DNA of 64,000 nt. Source: a virus (Duplodnaviria > Caudoviricetes). Position 1 is the first letter of the stretch. Each line of letters begins with the position of its first letter. Below are positions 45,667 to 55,387 of the stretch, one piece after another. The notes below the pieces were generated by a model. That model made no database searches. It was not told the origin of the DNA and saw only the letters and a list, made by a program, of their open reading frames with translations. Location: IMG/VR virus record IMGVR_UViG_3300044471_000009, positions 1 through 64,000 of that record. The stretch is one strand, 5' to 3'. The position numbers and the translations under genes are program-made.

Positions 45667-46498
45667 AATTGCTGCGCTGCTTGCCGTTGCTGCCATTGCT
45701 GGCCTTGCTGTAAACTACACAAACAGCAGCGATGTTGAGTCAGCGCAAAGCAGAGAGGCTGCCTGCGTTTCAGGCGCAAGGTCGATGCAGATAGAGCTTG
45801 ATCAGGCCAAGAAAAGCCTTCAGGTCGTTAGTGAAGAGAAAGTCGCAGCAGAGCACAGGTTGATCGAAGCGGAAAGCCACACGCTGGAGCTGAAAAGACA
45901 GCTCGACGACATGCAGGCTGTAAAAGATACGCTCGGTGAAATAGTTGACGCAGTGAAGAAAAGCAACAAAAAGGCCAAGGCTCAAAAGTTGCTGCCTTCA
46001 ACTCGCCCTGTCCCGCAGCATGAGAAAGCAGTGCCAATTCCAGCCGAGCCTGAACCGGAAAAGGAAGGCGAGACAACGGCTGCTGGTTATGCAGAAAGAA
46101 TGGTTGAGTCTCTGAACAAGGTGCGCAGGGAGCACCTTGTGGGGCCGGTCACGTGGTCAAACGAACTCTCTGAAGCGGCAGGCGTGTGGGGACGGGAGCT
46201 GATCAAGAATGGCTGCACTTTGAAGCATGACCCAGCAACGAAGCATGGAGAGAATCTGGCAAAGGGTCGCAGCACACCTGAAGCTGCGGTAGCGGCGTGG
46301 GCTGAAGAAGAAAAGGACTATGACTACAGCAGCAACACCTGCGCCGATGGCAAGGTTTGCGGTCACTACACGCAGGTTGTCTGGGAAAACACTACCGAGG
46401 TGGGCTGCCAGCAGTATGATTGCCCCACCGACAAGCAGCCGGTGCTTGTATGTAGGTTTTTTCCTGCTGGTAATTTCATTGGCGAAAAACCTTACTGA
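45644..46498 (+). CDS. TM plus coiled coil plus CAP (SCP/PR-1) domain protein
   Basis: LNKVRREH, KHGENLA, CGHYTQVVWENTTEVGC and VCRFFPAGN are CAP/PR-1 signatures. Confidence 0.9.
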   Translation: MRKNWLPEIAALLAVAAIAGLAVNYTNSSDVESAQSREAACVSGARSMQIELDQAKKSLQVVSEEKVAAEHRLIEAESHTLELKRQLDDMQAVKDTLGEIVDAVKKSNKKAKAQKLLPSTRPVPQHEKAVPIPAEPEPEKEGETTAAGYAERMVESLNKVRREHLVGPVTWSNELSEAAGVWGRELIKNGCTLKHDPATKHGENLAKGRSTPEAAVAAWAEEEKDYDYSSNTCADGKVCGHYTQVVWENTTEVGCQQYDCPTDKQPVLVCRFFPAGNFIGEKPY

Positions 46499-46507
46499 AG
46501 GATAAAT

Positions 46508-47038
46508 ATGCTTATTGATAAGATGTATGGTCAAGAACGGATTGAAAGTATCCGAAAATATCTTGATTACCTTGAAAATCACTTGGAAAATGTCCGTCTT
46601 GCATTTGATCAAGTTAGCAAGGCTTGCAGTGAAATGTGGTGGATTAAGGATGATGTATCTTGGCATACGTTGCGTCAAGACGTGTGTGAGCACGACATAT
46701 CTAAATTCAGTGCTGATGAATTTATTCAGTACGTAGAGGCATTCTATCCAGACAGGCATGTGGATGAACAAAAAGCCAGGGCATCCCTTGCTGCTGCGTG
46801 GGAGCATCACAAGGCCAACAATCTCCATCATCACGAATCAGCAACTTGCGATCTTGACCTTGTCCATATGGTAATCGACTGGACAGCGATGGGGTATAAA
46901 TTCGGAGACACAGCCGAGCTTTTCTATCGTAAACACGCAGCAGAGATGAATTTTAGTGATGCACAGGTGGATTTCTTGAATGAAATTTTCACCTGTATCG
47001 CAAAGCGCACAGCAGAGATGACTAAAGTGAAGGATTGA
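46508..47038 (+). CDS. DUF5662-like His-rich protein
   Basis: HDISKFS...WEHHKANNLHHHE...HMVIDW. Confidence 0.7.
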   Translation: MLIDKMYGQERIESIRKYLDYLENHLENVRLAFDQVSKACSEMWWIKDDVSWHTLRQDVCEHDISKFSADEFIQYVEAFYPDRHVDEQKARASLAAAWEHHKANNLHHHESATCDLDLVHMVIDWTAMGYKFGDTAELFYRKHAAEMNFSDAQVDFLNEIFTCIAKRTAEMTKVKD

Positions 47039-47042
47039 GACC

Positions 47043-47246
47043 GTGAAGGAATTAGTTGATAAACTGCTTGCCGAGCAGGATGAATTGATCGGAAAGACGA
47101 AAAAGCTGAAGTCTTTTATCGGCACTGATGTTTACGAAAAAACGCTTTCTGGTAAGCATAAAATCCTGCTGCGTAAACAGCTTGAAGCAATGCTTGCCTA
47201 TCGAGATGTACTTGACGAAAGAATCGAAGACCTGGAGGGGTTATGA
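47043..47246 (+). CDS. Small helical phage protein (crAss001_48-like)
   Basis: KLKSFI...LLRKQLEAMLAYRDVLDERI. Confidence 0.65.
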   Translation: MKELVDKLLAEQDELIGKTKKLKSFIGTDVYEKTLSGKHKILLRKQLEAMLAYRDVLDERIEDLEGL

Positions 47247-47698
47247 AACGTATCAAGAGTGCAGGTTGTCTGCAAATCGGTATAGCCTTGGCAGTCGTGC
47301 TGCTTCTCTCTGCCTGCGCTGCTGAAAAACGTGCGCCGCAAAACCACACGCTGCCTGACGACACGGTGTATATTGCGGAAAGCAAGGTTGCCGAGATGAA
47401 AATAACCGCCCCGGCAGAGTTAGGGTTCATGGTGAAAGGTGCCTGTGCTGGGGCTGCCTGCGGATTACTTGCTCAGGTTGAAGTCAAGCCTGTTCCTGCT
47501 GTTGCTCAATGCTCCTTTCCTGCCGACAAGCCCGCACCTGAACCTGCTGTTGATCGACAGGCCGGAGCTACGCCCGCTGCTGATGGTAACGATAACGTGG
47601 ACAATGTGAAGCAGGAAGAGAAGGAGTCCTCTCCCGTCGGGGCCTATCGGCAACCGGCCCATCGAGCAGTGCCGGAATATGAAAGGCGTAATAAATGA
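47243..47698 (+). CDS. Lipoprotein (possible o-spanin-like)
   Basis: Lipobox LSAC after a signal peptide; Pro-rich. Confidence 0.6.
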   Translation: MKRIKSAGCLQIGIALAVVLLLSACAAEKRAPQNHTLPDDTVYIAESKVAEMKITAPAELGFMVKGACAGAACGLLAQVEVKPVPAVAQCSFPADKPAPEPAVDRQAGATPAADGNDNVDNVKQEEKESSPVGAYRQPAHRAVPEYERRNK

Positions 47699-48372
47699 AG
47701 GCAATCGCCCTCCTGCTCATCCTCTTCACCCCTTGCGCGGCATCAGCTTACCCTTCTCTGGCGGTTACTGATGCCGCGCTTGCTTATGGGCAGGGCAGGG
47801 GAGAGGGAGCAGCAGACAGGGGATTTGTTGAAGCAGTTGAAGCTATGTCCGCAACTCTGGCTGTAGAATGTTACAAAGATGACAAGATTTGCGCTGAATA
47901 CGTTTCAAATGTCATCCTATGGCGAAGACTCTTGGCATCCGATACAGCAGGAGTGGAGTTTTCAGTTCGACAGATAGTTGAAACGCCAATGCAGTTCAGT
48001 GGCCTGAAGCTGTCACCATTACTGCGTGACCCTGTTGAAATGGCTGTAAGGATGGCCTTTTTCCGCTCGATTGCTGCCGATGCGATAAATGGAGGGCTTG
48101 ATGGAAAATACCCGCCTATGACGCATTATGCCCGCAAAGAAGCGATGCCTAAAACTGCATGGGGCAGGGCCGCGTTGAAGAAAGAAAAGCTCATCCATTT
48201 ACGGGACGGTCACGTTTTTGTTGTAGGGCCATTGCCTTTCCGTCAGCCAAAGGGTGCGAGTGATGCAAACAAGCTACTAAGCTGGAACAGGTGCATAGAG
48301 CTTAACGGCGATCTGATGGCGGAAATGTTTCCGTCGTGTCAGTCGAAGACATGCAGGATAGCGACGAGGTGA
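47695..48372 (+). CDS. SleB/Hydrolase_2-like cell-wall hydrolase (endolysin candidate) with signal peptide
   Basis: TLAVECY (putative catalytic Glu), V..VILWRR, QFS, THY, HVF; cleavable signal ending ASA. Confidence 0.65.
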   Translation: MKAIALLLILFTPCAASAYPSLAVTDAALAYGQGRGEGAADRGFVEAVEAMSATLAVECYKDDKICAEYVSNVILWRRLLASDTAGVEFSVRQIVETPMQFSGLKLSPLLRDPVEMAVRMAFFRSIAADAINGGLDGKYPPMTHYARKEAMPKTAWGRAALKKEKLIHLRDGHVFVVGPLPFRQPKGASDANKLLSWNRCIELNGDLMAEMFPSCQSKTCRIATR

Positions 48373-48600
48373 TACAGCTTCCAATTAACAAGTAGCCAGA
48401 AGCCGTCCACTGTCGAAACTCTTTATTCCACACCCATGATTGGTATGGATATTTAAAATCCCATTCCTTTATCTTTGCTTTCATTTCTTCTTCTGAATCA
48501 AAGAAAATAAAAGGGCTTCTGGCTCCAGCGTCAAGCCTGAGAGTCAATCCGGCTACCATCAATTCCCTCCTTCAATATACGGCACCAGCTCTTCTTTTGA

Positions 48601-48891
48601 TTAATCATTACCAGAGCCTTCCAGAACCCCCGCATTTTGCATCATATCTCTTGCTATAGCTGATGCGAAATCTTCAGTGCATGTATCTATCTCTTGTTTC
48701 ATTCTTTTATAGCTTGGTATCATCAGGCAAACCTGAATCCTGCATTGCGACTTAACTAAGCGAGGGAAAGAATCCCAAGTGAATCCTTCGCCTCTATATT
48801 TTACGTTAATCATAGATGAAAAAAAACTACTTACAGTTGCGTAGCAAATAAGCTGTATCTTTATCCGCATGTTTTGAGATAACATCTTCAT
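48601..48891 (-). CDS. Hypothetical protein
   Basis: ORF track; coupled to the upstream gene. Confidence 0.5.
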   Translation of the reverse strand: MKMLSQNMRIKIQLICYATVSSFFSSMINVKYRGEGFTWDSFPRLVKSQCRIQVCLMIPSYKRMKQEIDTCTEDFASAIARDMMQNAGVLEGSGND

Positions 48892-49361
48892 TGTTCTCTC
48901 CCTTGCATTGTGGCCTCAATGTACGGCATCAACTCTTCCCTAAATTCACCTGCAAACTTCCCGGCCAAACACATCTCAGCAGCAGCCTTCGCCTCTACCA
49001 ACATTCCAGCATTGTGCGCAAGGTGAGCTGCGCTGCGGTACAGGATTGACGTAGTTGGCTCAAGTTCTTCGCGGATTTGGTCTGCATGGTCAGCAGCCCT
49101 AATTTCTGCTTCGTAGCTTCTCTGAAAAAGACGCTTTAGGTATTCTCCGTCATCCTTGTCAATTTCACTATCTTTGCTTTTCATGCTGAAGGCTATTTCA
49201 GCCGTATCCACAGCCTTGTCATGCAGAAAATAAACGTACTCAGCAAGGTCTTCTTCGCTTATGAATGGCATTCTATTCTCCTTCGCAATATTTATCGTAT
49301 GCTTCCTGCCCATCTTCTTCCAGTAGAGCGGCAGCCTCTTCTCCTCCTGTCTCTCTGACAA
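48888..49361 (-). CDS. Helical hypothetical protein
   Basis: EPTTSILYRSAAHLA TPR-like helix pair. Confidence 0.65.
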   Translation of the reverse strand: MSERQEEKRLPLYWKKMGRKHTINIAKENRMPFISEEDLAEYVYFLHDKAVDTAEIAFSMKSKDSEIDKDDGEYLKRLFQRSYEAEIRAADHADQIREELEPTTSILYRSAAHLAHNAGMLVEAKAAAEMCLAGKFAGEFREELMPYIEATMQGREQ

Positions 49362-49453
49362 TATCCCACAACGCAGAAGAATAGTCGTGGCTATCGGCGA
49401 AATAGATAGCGGATACTGCTGCCTTCAATACTTTGCTGCACTTTTCGCACATT

Positions 49454-49789
49454 TTATTCTCCTCTTGATTGCGGTAATCTCTGCTCAAGCCCAATAAAAA
49501 CAGACACCTTGTTCGGAATTGCAAGCCGTATTTTTTCGCATATCCACGCCGGAATTACGTGCCACTTTTTCTTTGTTATGATAGCGTAGTTTAGATCAGG
49601 ATGATAATACCCATATCCGTAAAATAAGCCTGCGCAACAGCGGCTTGAATTCAGAAAGCTATGGTCTTTATACCAAACTTCAGAACCTATGATTTCCTTT
49701 ACCGTGGCTGGAACTGTAGACTTTTTATTTATTAACCTTCCGTAAAAGCAGGTAACATAAACTTTATCGCCAGCTTTAATCTTAATCAT
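49454..49789 (-). CDS. Hypothetical protein
   Basis: ORF track. Confidence 0.5.
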   Translation of the reverse strand: MIKIKAGDKVYVTCFYGRLINKKSTVPATVKEIIGSEVWYKDHSFLNSSRCCAGLFYGYGYYHPDLNYAIITKKKWHVIPAWICEKIRLAIPNKVSVFIGLEQRLPQSRGE

Positions 49790-50291
49790 GTTTTATTTTC
49801 CTTGCGTAATCGCTTGCAATAGCAGGAATGCAAAACCCATCAGGAGGCAAAGCGTCAACAGGTATGCTGTTAAAATCTAACTCAGCTACGAATGAAACCT
49901 TTCCGCTTATATTTATGTCATACACATGCACATTCCCAACATTCAAGCATTCGCGTAACGGAAGATTGCCTTCAGCCAACTGAACCGCTCTGCTTTCGGA
50001 TATAGGGACATAAAGATACCTTTCGTTGCCACCGTCTTCGTAGTAAATGAAATAGTTTAGATACAAGTCGTTTCCGATTGTAGAAATAAAAAGCAGCGGA
50101 AAGTCATACTCCATTAATGTTAGGAATCTCTGCCCGACACTGAAAACGCTTGGGTCTTTTTCCGTGTAATCTTTCCAGTTGAAAACCATAGCGATTCCTA
50201 AATTTTTAGTTGTCAAGATAAATAGCTTGCAAGGCTGAAAAATGCCGGTACTTTCCCGGCTGTCAGCATTTTCATCGCCTATCGCTGGCAT
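49782..50291 (-). CDS. DUF6575-like protein
   Basis: LMEYDFPLLF...YLYVPISESR...GNLPLRECL. Confidence 0.6.
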   Translation of the reverse strand: MPAIGDENADSRESTGIFQPCKLFILTTKNLGIAMVFNWKDYTEKDPSVFSVGQRFLTLMEYDFPLLFISTIGNDLYLNYFIYYEDGGNERYLYVPISESRAVQLAEGNLPLRECLNVGNVHVYDINISGKVSFVAELDFNSIPVDALPPDGFCIPAIASDYARKIKHD

Positions 50292-50944
50292 CTCCCCGAT
50301 TTCGCCCGTCTGCCATCCGCGCCATCCATTTAGGCGATGGACTCCTTGCAGCTTATTGTAATATGGTCGCTACTCACCATTTTGCGCCTTACATGCACCC
50401 GACCTTTTCTGGTAGCGCAGCGGGTTGTTTTTTTTGTTCTAACAAAAACGGCTTGCCTAATTTTTTTATGCCGGTGCGCCGCAACACCGGCCCGGTGCCT
50501 AACCGGAATCCCGATCAACCATCAAGATCGGGCGAGAACACACAGGCAGGCAGCATCAGGCATCACTGTGATGAAGCAAAAAAAACGATCAGGCAGGGTT
50601 TTAACCTGCACGGCAACATTTAACTTCCTGTCAATTCAGGCGCGTACATTCAAGGCTTTTTTAAAAGCATACGCCTTGCTTGCTCCAAGTCCAAGCAAGG
50701 GTTGCTGTCATGTCGTTGCCACGTAACCCACAAACATGCGTCTATCTATTCCGCCACTGATCGAGAACCCTTAAAACAAACTAATAAAATATCTAACCGC
50801 CACTGTCCATGCCCACGGAGGAAAGCAGAAGGCCAAGACCCATCCCCACCCATGCGACAATGCTGTTCCAAAAATCCATAATACAACCAGCAGTGCCGTT
50901 AGTGGGGAGTTTGTGTTTACTGTAAAACCTACCTGCTTCATAGT

Positions 50945-51229
50945 TTACCCCCTTGCGCATCCGTAGAACAAATCAACTTCCGCTTGCTTCGTGAAATCAT
51001 ACCGCCCCAAAACCTGCTCTGGAACCTTTTCAACCTTGTATTCACTGATGTATCTGCGGGCGATAGCGTTGTAGCACATATTTTTCAAGCTGCCGGTCAA
51101 TGCTCCGCGCAGCACCTCCTGAAGCCTCTCTTCAGCGTCGGCCTCAGACTTGGCAATAAGGCGGCACCAGAAATCTTTTTCACCGTCTTTCTTGATTATA
51201 TCACATTGATACCACTCGAATTCGTCCAT
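50945..51229 (-). CDS. Hypothetical protein
   Basis: ORF track. Confidence 0.55.
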   Translation of the reverse strand: MDEFEWYQCDIIKKDGEKDFWCRLIAKSEADAEERLQEVLRGALTGSLKNMCYNAIARRYISEYKVEKVPEQVLGRYDFTKQAEVDLFYGCARG

Positions 51230-51256
51230 GATTCACCCATCTCGATGTTAATATTC

Positions 51257-51293
51257 AAAAAAAACCGCTGATTTGCCAGGCGGGTTCAGCGGT
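51257..51293 (-). terminator. Intrinsic terminator
   Basis: ACCGCTGA/TCAGCGGT stem plus T8 on -. Confidence 0.7.
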
Positions 51294-51309
51294 AAACCTT
51301 TGCAGGCCC

Positions 51310-51732
51310 TCACGCAACTGGCGTAGGGTCAACTTCAACTATGGCATCTCCATCTTCCCAGTTGCACCATGAACACTGCCCACTTGAAACGTTCGGGCCA
51401 TAGTTTTCCTTCTGGCAAGCTGGACATCTAACGAGGAACAAATTTCCCTTGCCGTCTCTGAAATTTGGCTCCTTCACGTCATATCTTTTCTGTTTTTCGG
51501 CTGCCATCACTTGAAGCAGCCTGTCCATTCCCTCCTCAAGCCGCTCGACTTCTTCTTTCATCGACTCAAGCCGTCCTAATAGCCATTCAACGCGACTGCT
51601 GGGGCGATTACTGAAGTTGTAATCTTTCGACTTAGACAGGTTATCCGGCAAAAGCTCTCTGAGTCGACCAAACTCTTGTTGCAAATCAATTGTAGTCACA
51701 TCCCATCCCTTGCTAAAAATCCCATTCAACAT
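51310..51732 (-). CDS. Coiled-coil plus zinc-ribbon protein (true start probably an internal GTG)
   Basis: CPAC...CSWC. Confidence 0.6.
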   Translation of the reverse strand: MLNGIFSKGWDVTTIDLQQEFGRLRELLPDNLSKSKDYNFSNRPSSRVEWLLGRLESMKEEVERLEEGMDRLLQVMAAEKQKRYDVKEPNFRDGKGNLFLVRCPACQKENYGPNVSSGQCSWCNWEDGDAIVEVDPTPVA

Positions 51733-51868
51733 GCAGGCCGTTCGCTACTCCGGCTTGACGGTTTCCCTATCTCTCTTACCCTCGGCCTTTATAGTCGTGG
51801 TGCGCACTAAAAGAAGCCGACTATTTGCCCGCGTGTCTGCTTTCCACGCCGCTGCATGTTGAATGGGA
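51720..51868. mobile_element. MITE-like 149-bp element
   Basis: 17-bp perfect TIRs (tcccattcaacatgcag) flanked by AAAAA on both sides; hairpin-rich interior; intergenic. Confidence 0.55.
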
Positions 51869-51873
51869 AAAAA

Positions 51874-52107
51874 TTACTCGATTCTTTTTTTGCACCACGA
51901 TCTAAATGCAGCTGTAGTGCAATTTCCCTCGTATCCGACAGGATACGGGCCTCTCTTTTTCGCTGTCAATTTATATCTAAGACAATCTTCATTTTCTTGG
52001 CTATCATATAGCTTGAACTCAGGCCCAATCCCTATCACCTCCCGCTCTCCTCCTTTTTCGTCTGAATAAACACCTCCGACCTCAATCTTGAAATCTTTTT
52101 TCTTCAT
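51874..52107 (-). CDS. Hypothetical protein
   Basis: SD GGAG before MKKKDFKIEV. Confidence 0.6.
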   Translation of the reverse strand: MKKKDFKIEVGGVYSDEKGGEREVIGIGPEFKLYDSQENEDCLRYKLTAKKRGPYPVGYEGNCTTAAFRSWCKKRIE

Positions 52108-52416
52108 GGTTAATCTCCAAAAAACAGGGCCGCAAACTTTATACCATCTTTCACCGGGGAAGGCTTGACGGCAGGCTTGCGGCCCTGCGAGTTTATTTTC
52201 TTTTTTTGTCGCCTTCCCCAAGGTTCTTTTACCACTATACAGCCTATCCTGCCCGCTGTCAACAGCTAATCGTCATACTCCCAAGAAAAATTCAGCCAGA
52301 TGAAAAGCCATGCAAAGTAGCCGAACTGCTTGCTGAAAACTGGGCGTTTCTGCCATTTGGCGAGTGGCATGAGCCTGACCTTGAACGACAAGCCTATCTT
52401 GCGCCGCTTTTGCGTT

Positions 52417-53502
52417 TCATTCATTTCCAAACACCTCCGGCCACCGCTTTGCAAACTCTTCCCGCAGCGGAATCATCACTTCGCGCATGGATGGCTCTGC
52501 CGCCTTTGAGCAGCGCAGCTTGAAGATGTGTCGCCACTGCTCTAAATTGGCGTAAATAATGAGTTCCGTCTTGCAAGAATTGGGCAGCACGGTACGGGCT
52601 TCCTGTGGGCTTGCGCCGTAACCTATCATTGTCAGGTACGCTTTCTCAGTCGACCTGCACTGGTTATACCATGCCCAATACCTCTCTGTATATGTATCTT
52701 CTTGATTCAAATGCCTCCACTGCGGACAATCTTTGGCAAAATTGTACTCTTCTTTCTTAGTGTCGCAGGGCCTTTCGACGCATAGGTTACATGGCTGCGA
52801 GGATTCAGGAAGAAACGCACTCGGCCTAATAAAAGTTACTTCATTGCCGAATTTCCCAGAGGCATAATTGCAGTAACGTTGTGAGGTTTGCAATATAGCC
52901 ATAGCTCTGTGGCGACAAATCTCGTGGCTTATTGCGCGATTTACAATGAACTTGACCGCGATGTGGCGGTGCTTGGCCAGCAAGTCCGCAGGCAGCCGCT
53001 CCACCTCTTCCAGAGGCACTTTGCGGACAGTTATGCTGGACATGATCAATTTGCATTCCAGCGTGATGTCATCAAAGAAATACGGGTGTTGCTTGCGGAG
53101 CAGTGCGCAGGCAGCCAAAACTACGCCGCACTGCTCCGGGTCACCGATTAACATCTCTCGCCATGCCCGGATGCTGCCAGTAATCAGCATCCGAACCCTG
53201 TCCGCGCCAGACGACCTATCTTCATTTGGCGTAACTTTAGAAAGCTGAAGATATTTAGGAATCGTTTCGAGAAAATCGAAATAATCCCAAGAGTCACAAT
53301 TGACCTCCAGTGTCACAACGCCCATTTCTAAAACCGAATTGTGGCCGCTTTTAATCGCCTTCTCGACAAACGGCAAGGCCGACTCCGGCGTGATGCGGTC
53401 TTCGCTCTTGTAGCAGATGCGCCCGCAATGCTCGATGCGAACGGGAAGGCTCTGCTGGTCGAGATGGTCAAGAATTTCAAAGGATGCAGGAACTATCTTC
53501 AT
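52417..53502 (-). CDS. thyX: FAD-dependent thymidylate synthase
   Basis: EHCGRICYKSE, GHNSVLE, RHR-x7-S (RHRAMAILQTSQRY), EARTVLPN. Confidence 0.95.
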   Translation of the reverse strand: MKIVPASFEILDHLDQQSLPVRIEHCGRICYKSEDRITPESALPFVEKAIKSGHNSVLEMGVVTLEVNCDSWDYFDFLETIPKYLQLSKVTPNEDRSSGADRVRMLITGSIRAWREMLIGDPEQCGVVLAACALLRKQHPYFFDDITLECKLIMSSITVRKVPLEEVERLPADLLAKHRHIAVKFIVNRAISHEICRHRAMAILQTSQRYCNYASGKFGNEVTFIRPSAFLPESSQPCNLCVERPCDTKKEEYNFAKDCPQWRHLNQEDTYTERYWAWYNQCRSTEKAYLTMIGYGASPQEARTVLPNSCKTELIIYANLEQWRHIFKLRCSKAAEPSMREVMIPLREEFAKRWPEVFGNE

Positions 53503-53831
53503 TTTTTCTCTCCTTCGTTGAGTTCGTTTTCCAAAAGACTGCTATACCCAGCAATGTCGTGCCAATGATCTACGTGGTCTTGGTTTCCGCTCAACACCCT
53601 TCCGATCTTATGGACAATCATCTCCAATGCTTCCTTTTGCTGATCAGACAGCATCTCCCAGTTTTTCGATTCACGCATAGCTTTTTTCAATGCCTGTGCG
53701 CATTTGGCATGGTCTTTGAACAAGCCGTGCGTGGCAGCTCTTTCCCTCAGGGTGTCCTTAACTGATTGCATGTCCTTCTCCATGTATATTTTTTCGCATT
53801 TTCTATGCATATCACCATGACGCGCATACAA
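53499..53831 (-). CDS. DUF6378-like protein
   Basis: LRERAATHG...KIGRVLSG...DHWHDIAGY. Confidence 0.8.
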   Translation of the reverse strand: MYARHGDMHRKCEKIYMEKDMQSVKDTLRERAATHGLFKDHAKCAQALKKAMRESKNWEMLSDQQKEALEMIVHKIGRVLSGNQDHVDHWHDIAGYSSLLENELNEGEKK

Positions 53832-53840
53832 ATTGCCATT

Positions 53841-54188
53841 TTACCACCATCTGCAATGAAAGCCGACTCCAACTATCCACACCACACCGGCAGCAAGGAT
53901 AGCCCAGCCTGCCAGTCTGCACAGAAACCGCTCCCTCTGTGCCTGCTTGTCAACCACGTCCTTGACGCACCTTGAGCAAAGATCGTCCTTACTTAAAGCC
54001 TCGAAATATCCCAGCGGCCCGCTGCATTTTGTGCAGCGTAAATCCGAATCGACCGATGAAGCAAAGTGCGCTTTACAAGCAAGTGCTCCCTGGCCGCGTA
54101 TGTCGCCTGACCATACGCACTTCCTTTTCTTCATTCCTGCTGTCGGGCCGTTTACGCATTGGCCGCAAGTTATTCTTTCTTCGCTCAT
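53841..54188 (-). CDS. Cys-rich protein with C-terminal TM
   Basis: CGQC, CTKC and CSRC; hydrophobic tail. Confidence 0.55.
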   Translation of the reverse strand: MSEERITCGQCVNGPTAGMKKRKCVWSGDIRGQGALACKAHFASSVDSDLRCTKCSGPLGYFEALSKDDLCSRCVKDVVDKQAQRERFLCRLAGWAILAAGVVWIVGVGFHCRWW

Positions 54189-54491
54189 CGCTTATTCTCC
54201 TTCATCTTTGCTCCTGCCTTAAAACCATATCCAGAAAAACACAGATACAATGCACCCAAAAAAAGAAAGCGCGTTTATAGCATCCAATGCAAGCGGAGGC
54301 TTGCCGCTGTATTGCGAGCCTGCAATTCCAGACCAAACCCATACAGTAAAAAAAGAGAGTATCAACTTGGTATTCAAATCCATTTCACGGCTCCTGTTTT
54401 ATCCATTCCCGGCACGGCCCATCCGCGCCGGGTGCTGATTAACATCTGGCTGCTCATGGGGCGGCGGACTTTCACCGCCGCAGCCTACGCC

Positions 54492-55112
54492 CTATTTCTT
54501 CTCGAATCCATCGCACTCTTGATACTCAGGCTGGTAGCCGCAGGTCGAATATTGCCTTCCGCACTCTGAGCAGATTTCCGGCTGCTCATCTCCTTTCGGC
54601 TCTTCGCCCAGAGCGGTCAAATCTTCCCGCACGTCACGCCATTCCTGTTCCGTTTCGCGCCCTACGCACTCGCCATCATTTTCAGGTGAATGGACGCAGG
54701 TTGCATGGCTGTTTATGCAGCCGTTACAGCATTCCGGCTCGTTGCGTTCACCTTTGGTTGCAACCAGCTTCGGCTCCCACGCATCGCGCCTGCTACTAAT
54801 TGGGTCAACCAGATCAACATGCGCCGGGCCGAACATCTTTGCAACCAGCTCTTGAGTTCCGCCTGTGCCAACGGCATCCTGCTTTGCAGTCGGCAGGTAC
54901 AGCTTTTGGCAGGCTGTTTTAAGCAGCACTTCACGCCCTTCCTTCTCGTGCAGCGCTGAAGCCAGCTCACATACCATAGCTGCCGCACGCAACGCACCGG
55001 CTGCCGTGTATAGCTCGTCTGGGTGGCAGCCTAATCTATCAGGGAATACGCCAGCAAGTACGTCCGTAGCAAGTTTCACCTGCGAAACAGTCAGTCCGAA
55101 CTTCTCTTTCAC
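54492..55112 (-). CDS. Hypothetical protein with Cys-rich repeats
   Basis: Two PExCxxC motifs. Confidence 0.6.
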   Translation of the reverse strand: MKEKFGLTVSQVKLATDVLAGVFPDRLGCHPDELYTAAGALRAAAMVCELASALHEKEGREVLLKTACQKLYLPTAKQDAVGTGGTQELVAKMFGPAHVDLVDPISSRRDAWEPKLVATKGERNEPECCNGCINSHATCVHSPENDGECVGRETEQEWRDVREDLTALGEEPKGDEQPEICSECGRQYSTCGYQPEYQECDGFEKK

Positions 55113-55387
55113 TTTCCGCCTCCGTTCACAGCTTTCTTGAGCGGCTGAAATGCACGGAACTTGACAGCTTTCGTGGACGGAATGTCCATCGTTTCGCCAG
55201 TTTTCGGATTGCGTCCTTTTCTCGCAGCTCTCGTTGTCACGCTGAGCTTGCCAATACCATGAAAGGTAATATCACGCCCATTCGCCAATGTCTCAGTCAT
55301 CTCGGCAAGCAATGCCCTATATGCTGCCTCAGCCATTTTCTTGCTTCCAACCACTTCTTCCAGCTTGTTAATCAATACGCTCTTCAT
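55109..55387 (-). CDS. hup: HU/IHF-family DNA-binding protein
   Basis: ITFHGIGKLSV..RAARKGRNPKTGETMDIP. Confidence 0.95.
   Translation of the reverse strand: MKSVLINKLEEVVGSKKMAEAAYRALLAEMTETLANGRDITFHGIGKLSVTTRAARKGRNPKTGETMDIPSTKAVKFRAFQPLKKAVNGGGK

Noticed and set aside
54455-54485. Cobalamin riboswitch
   Set aside because: Only the GGTGAAAGTCC hairpin matches; the GGGAA and CCCCGCNACTGT elements are missing and no B12 gene lies downstream.
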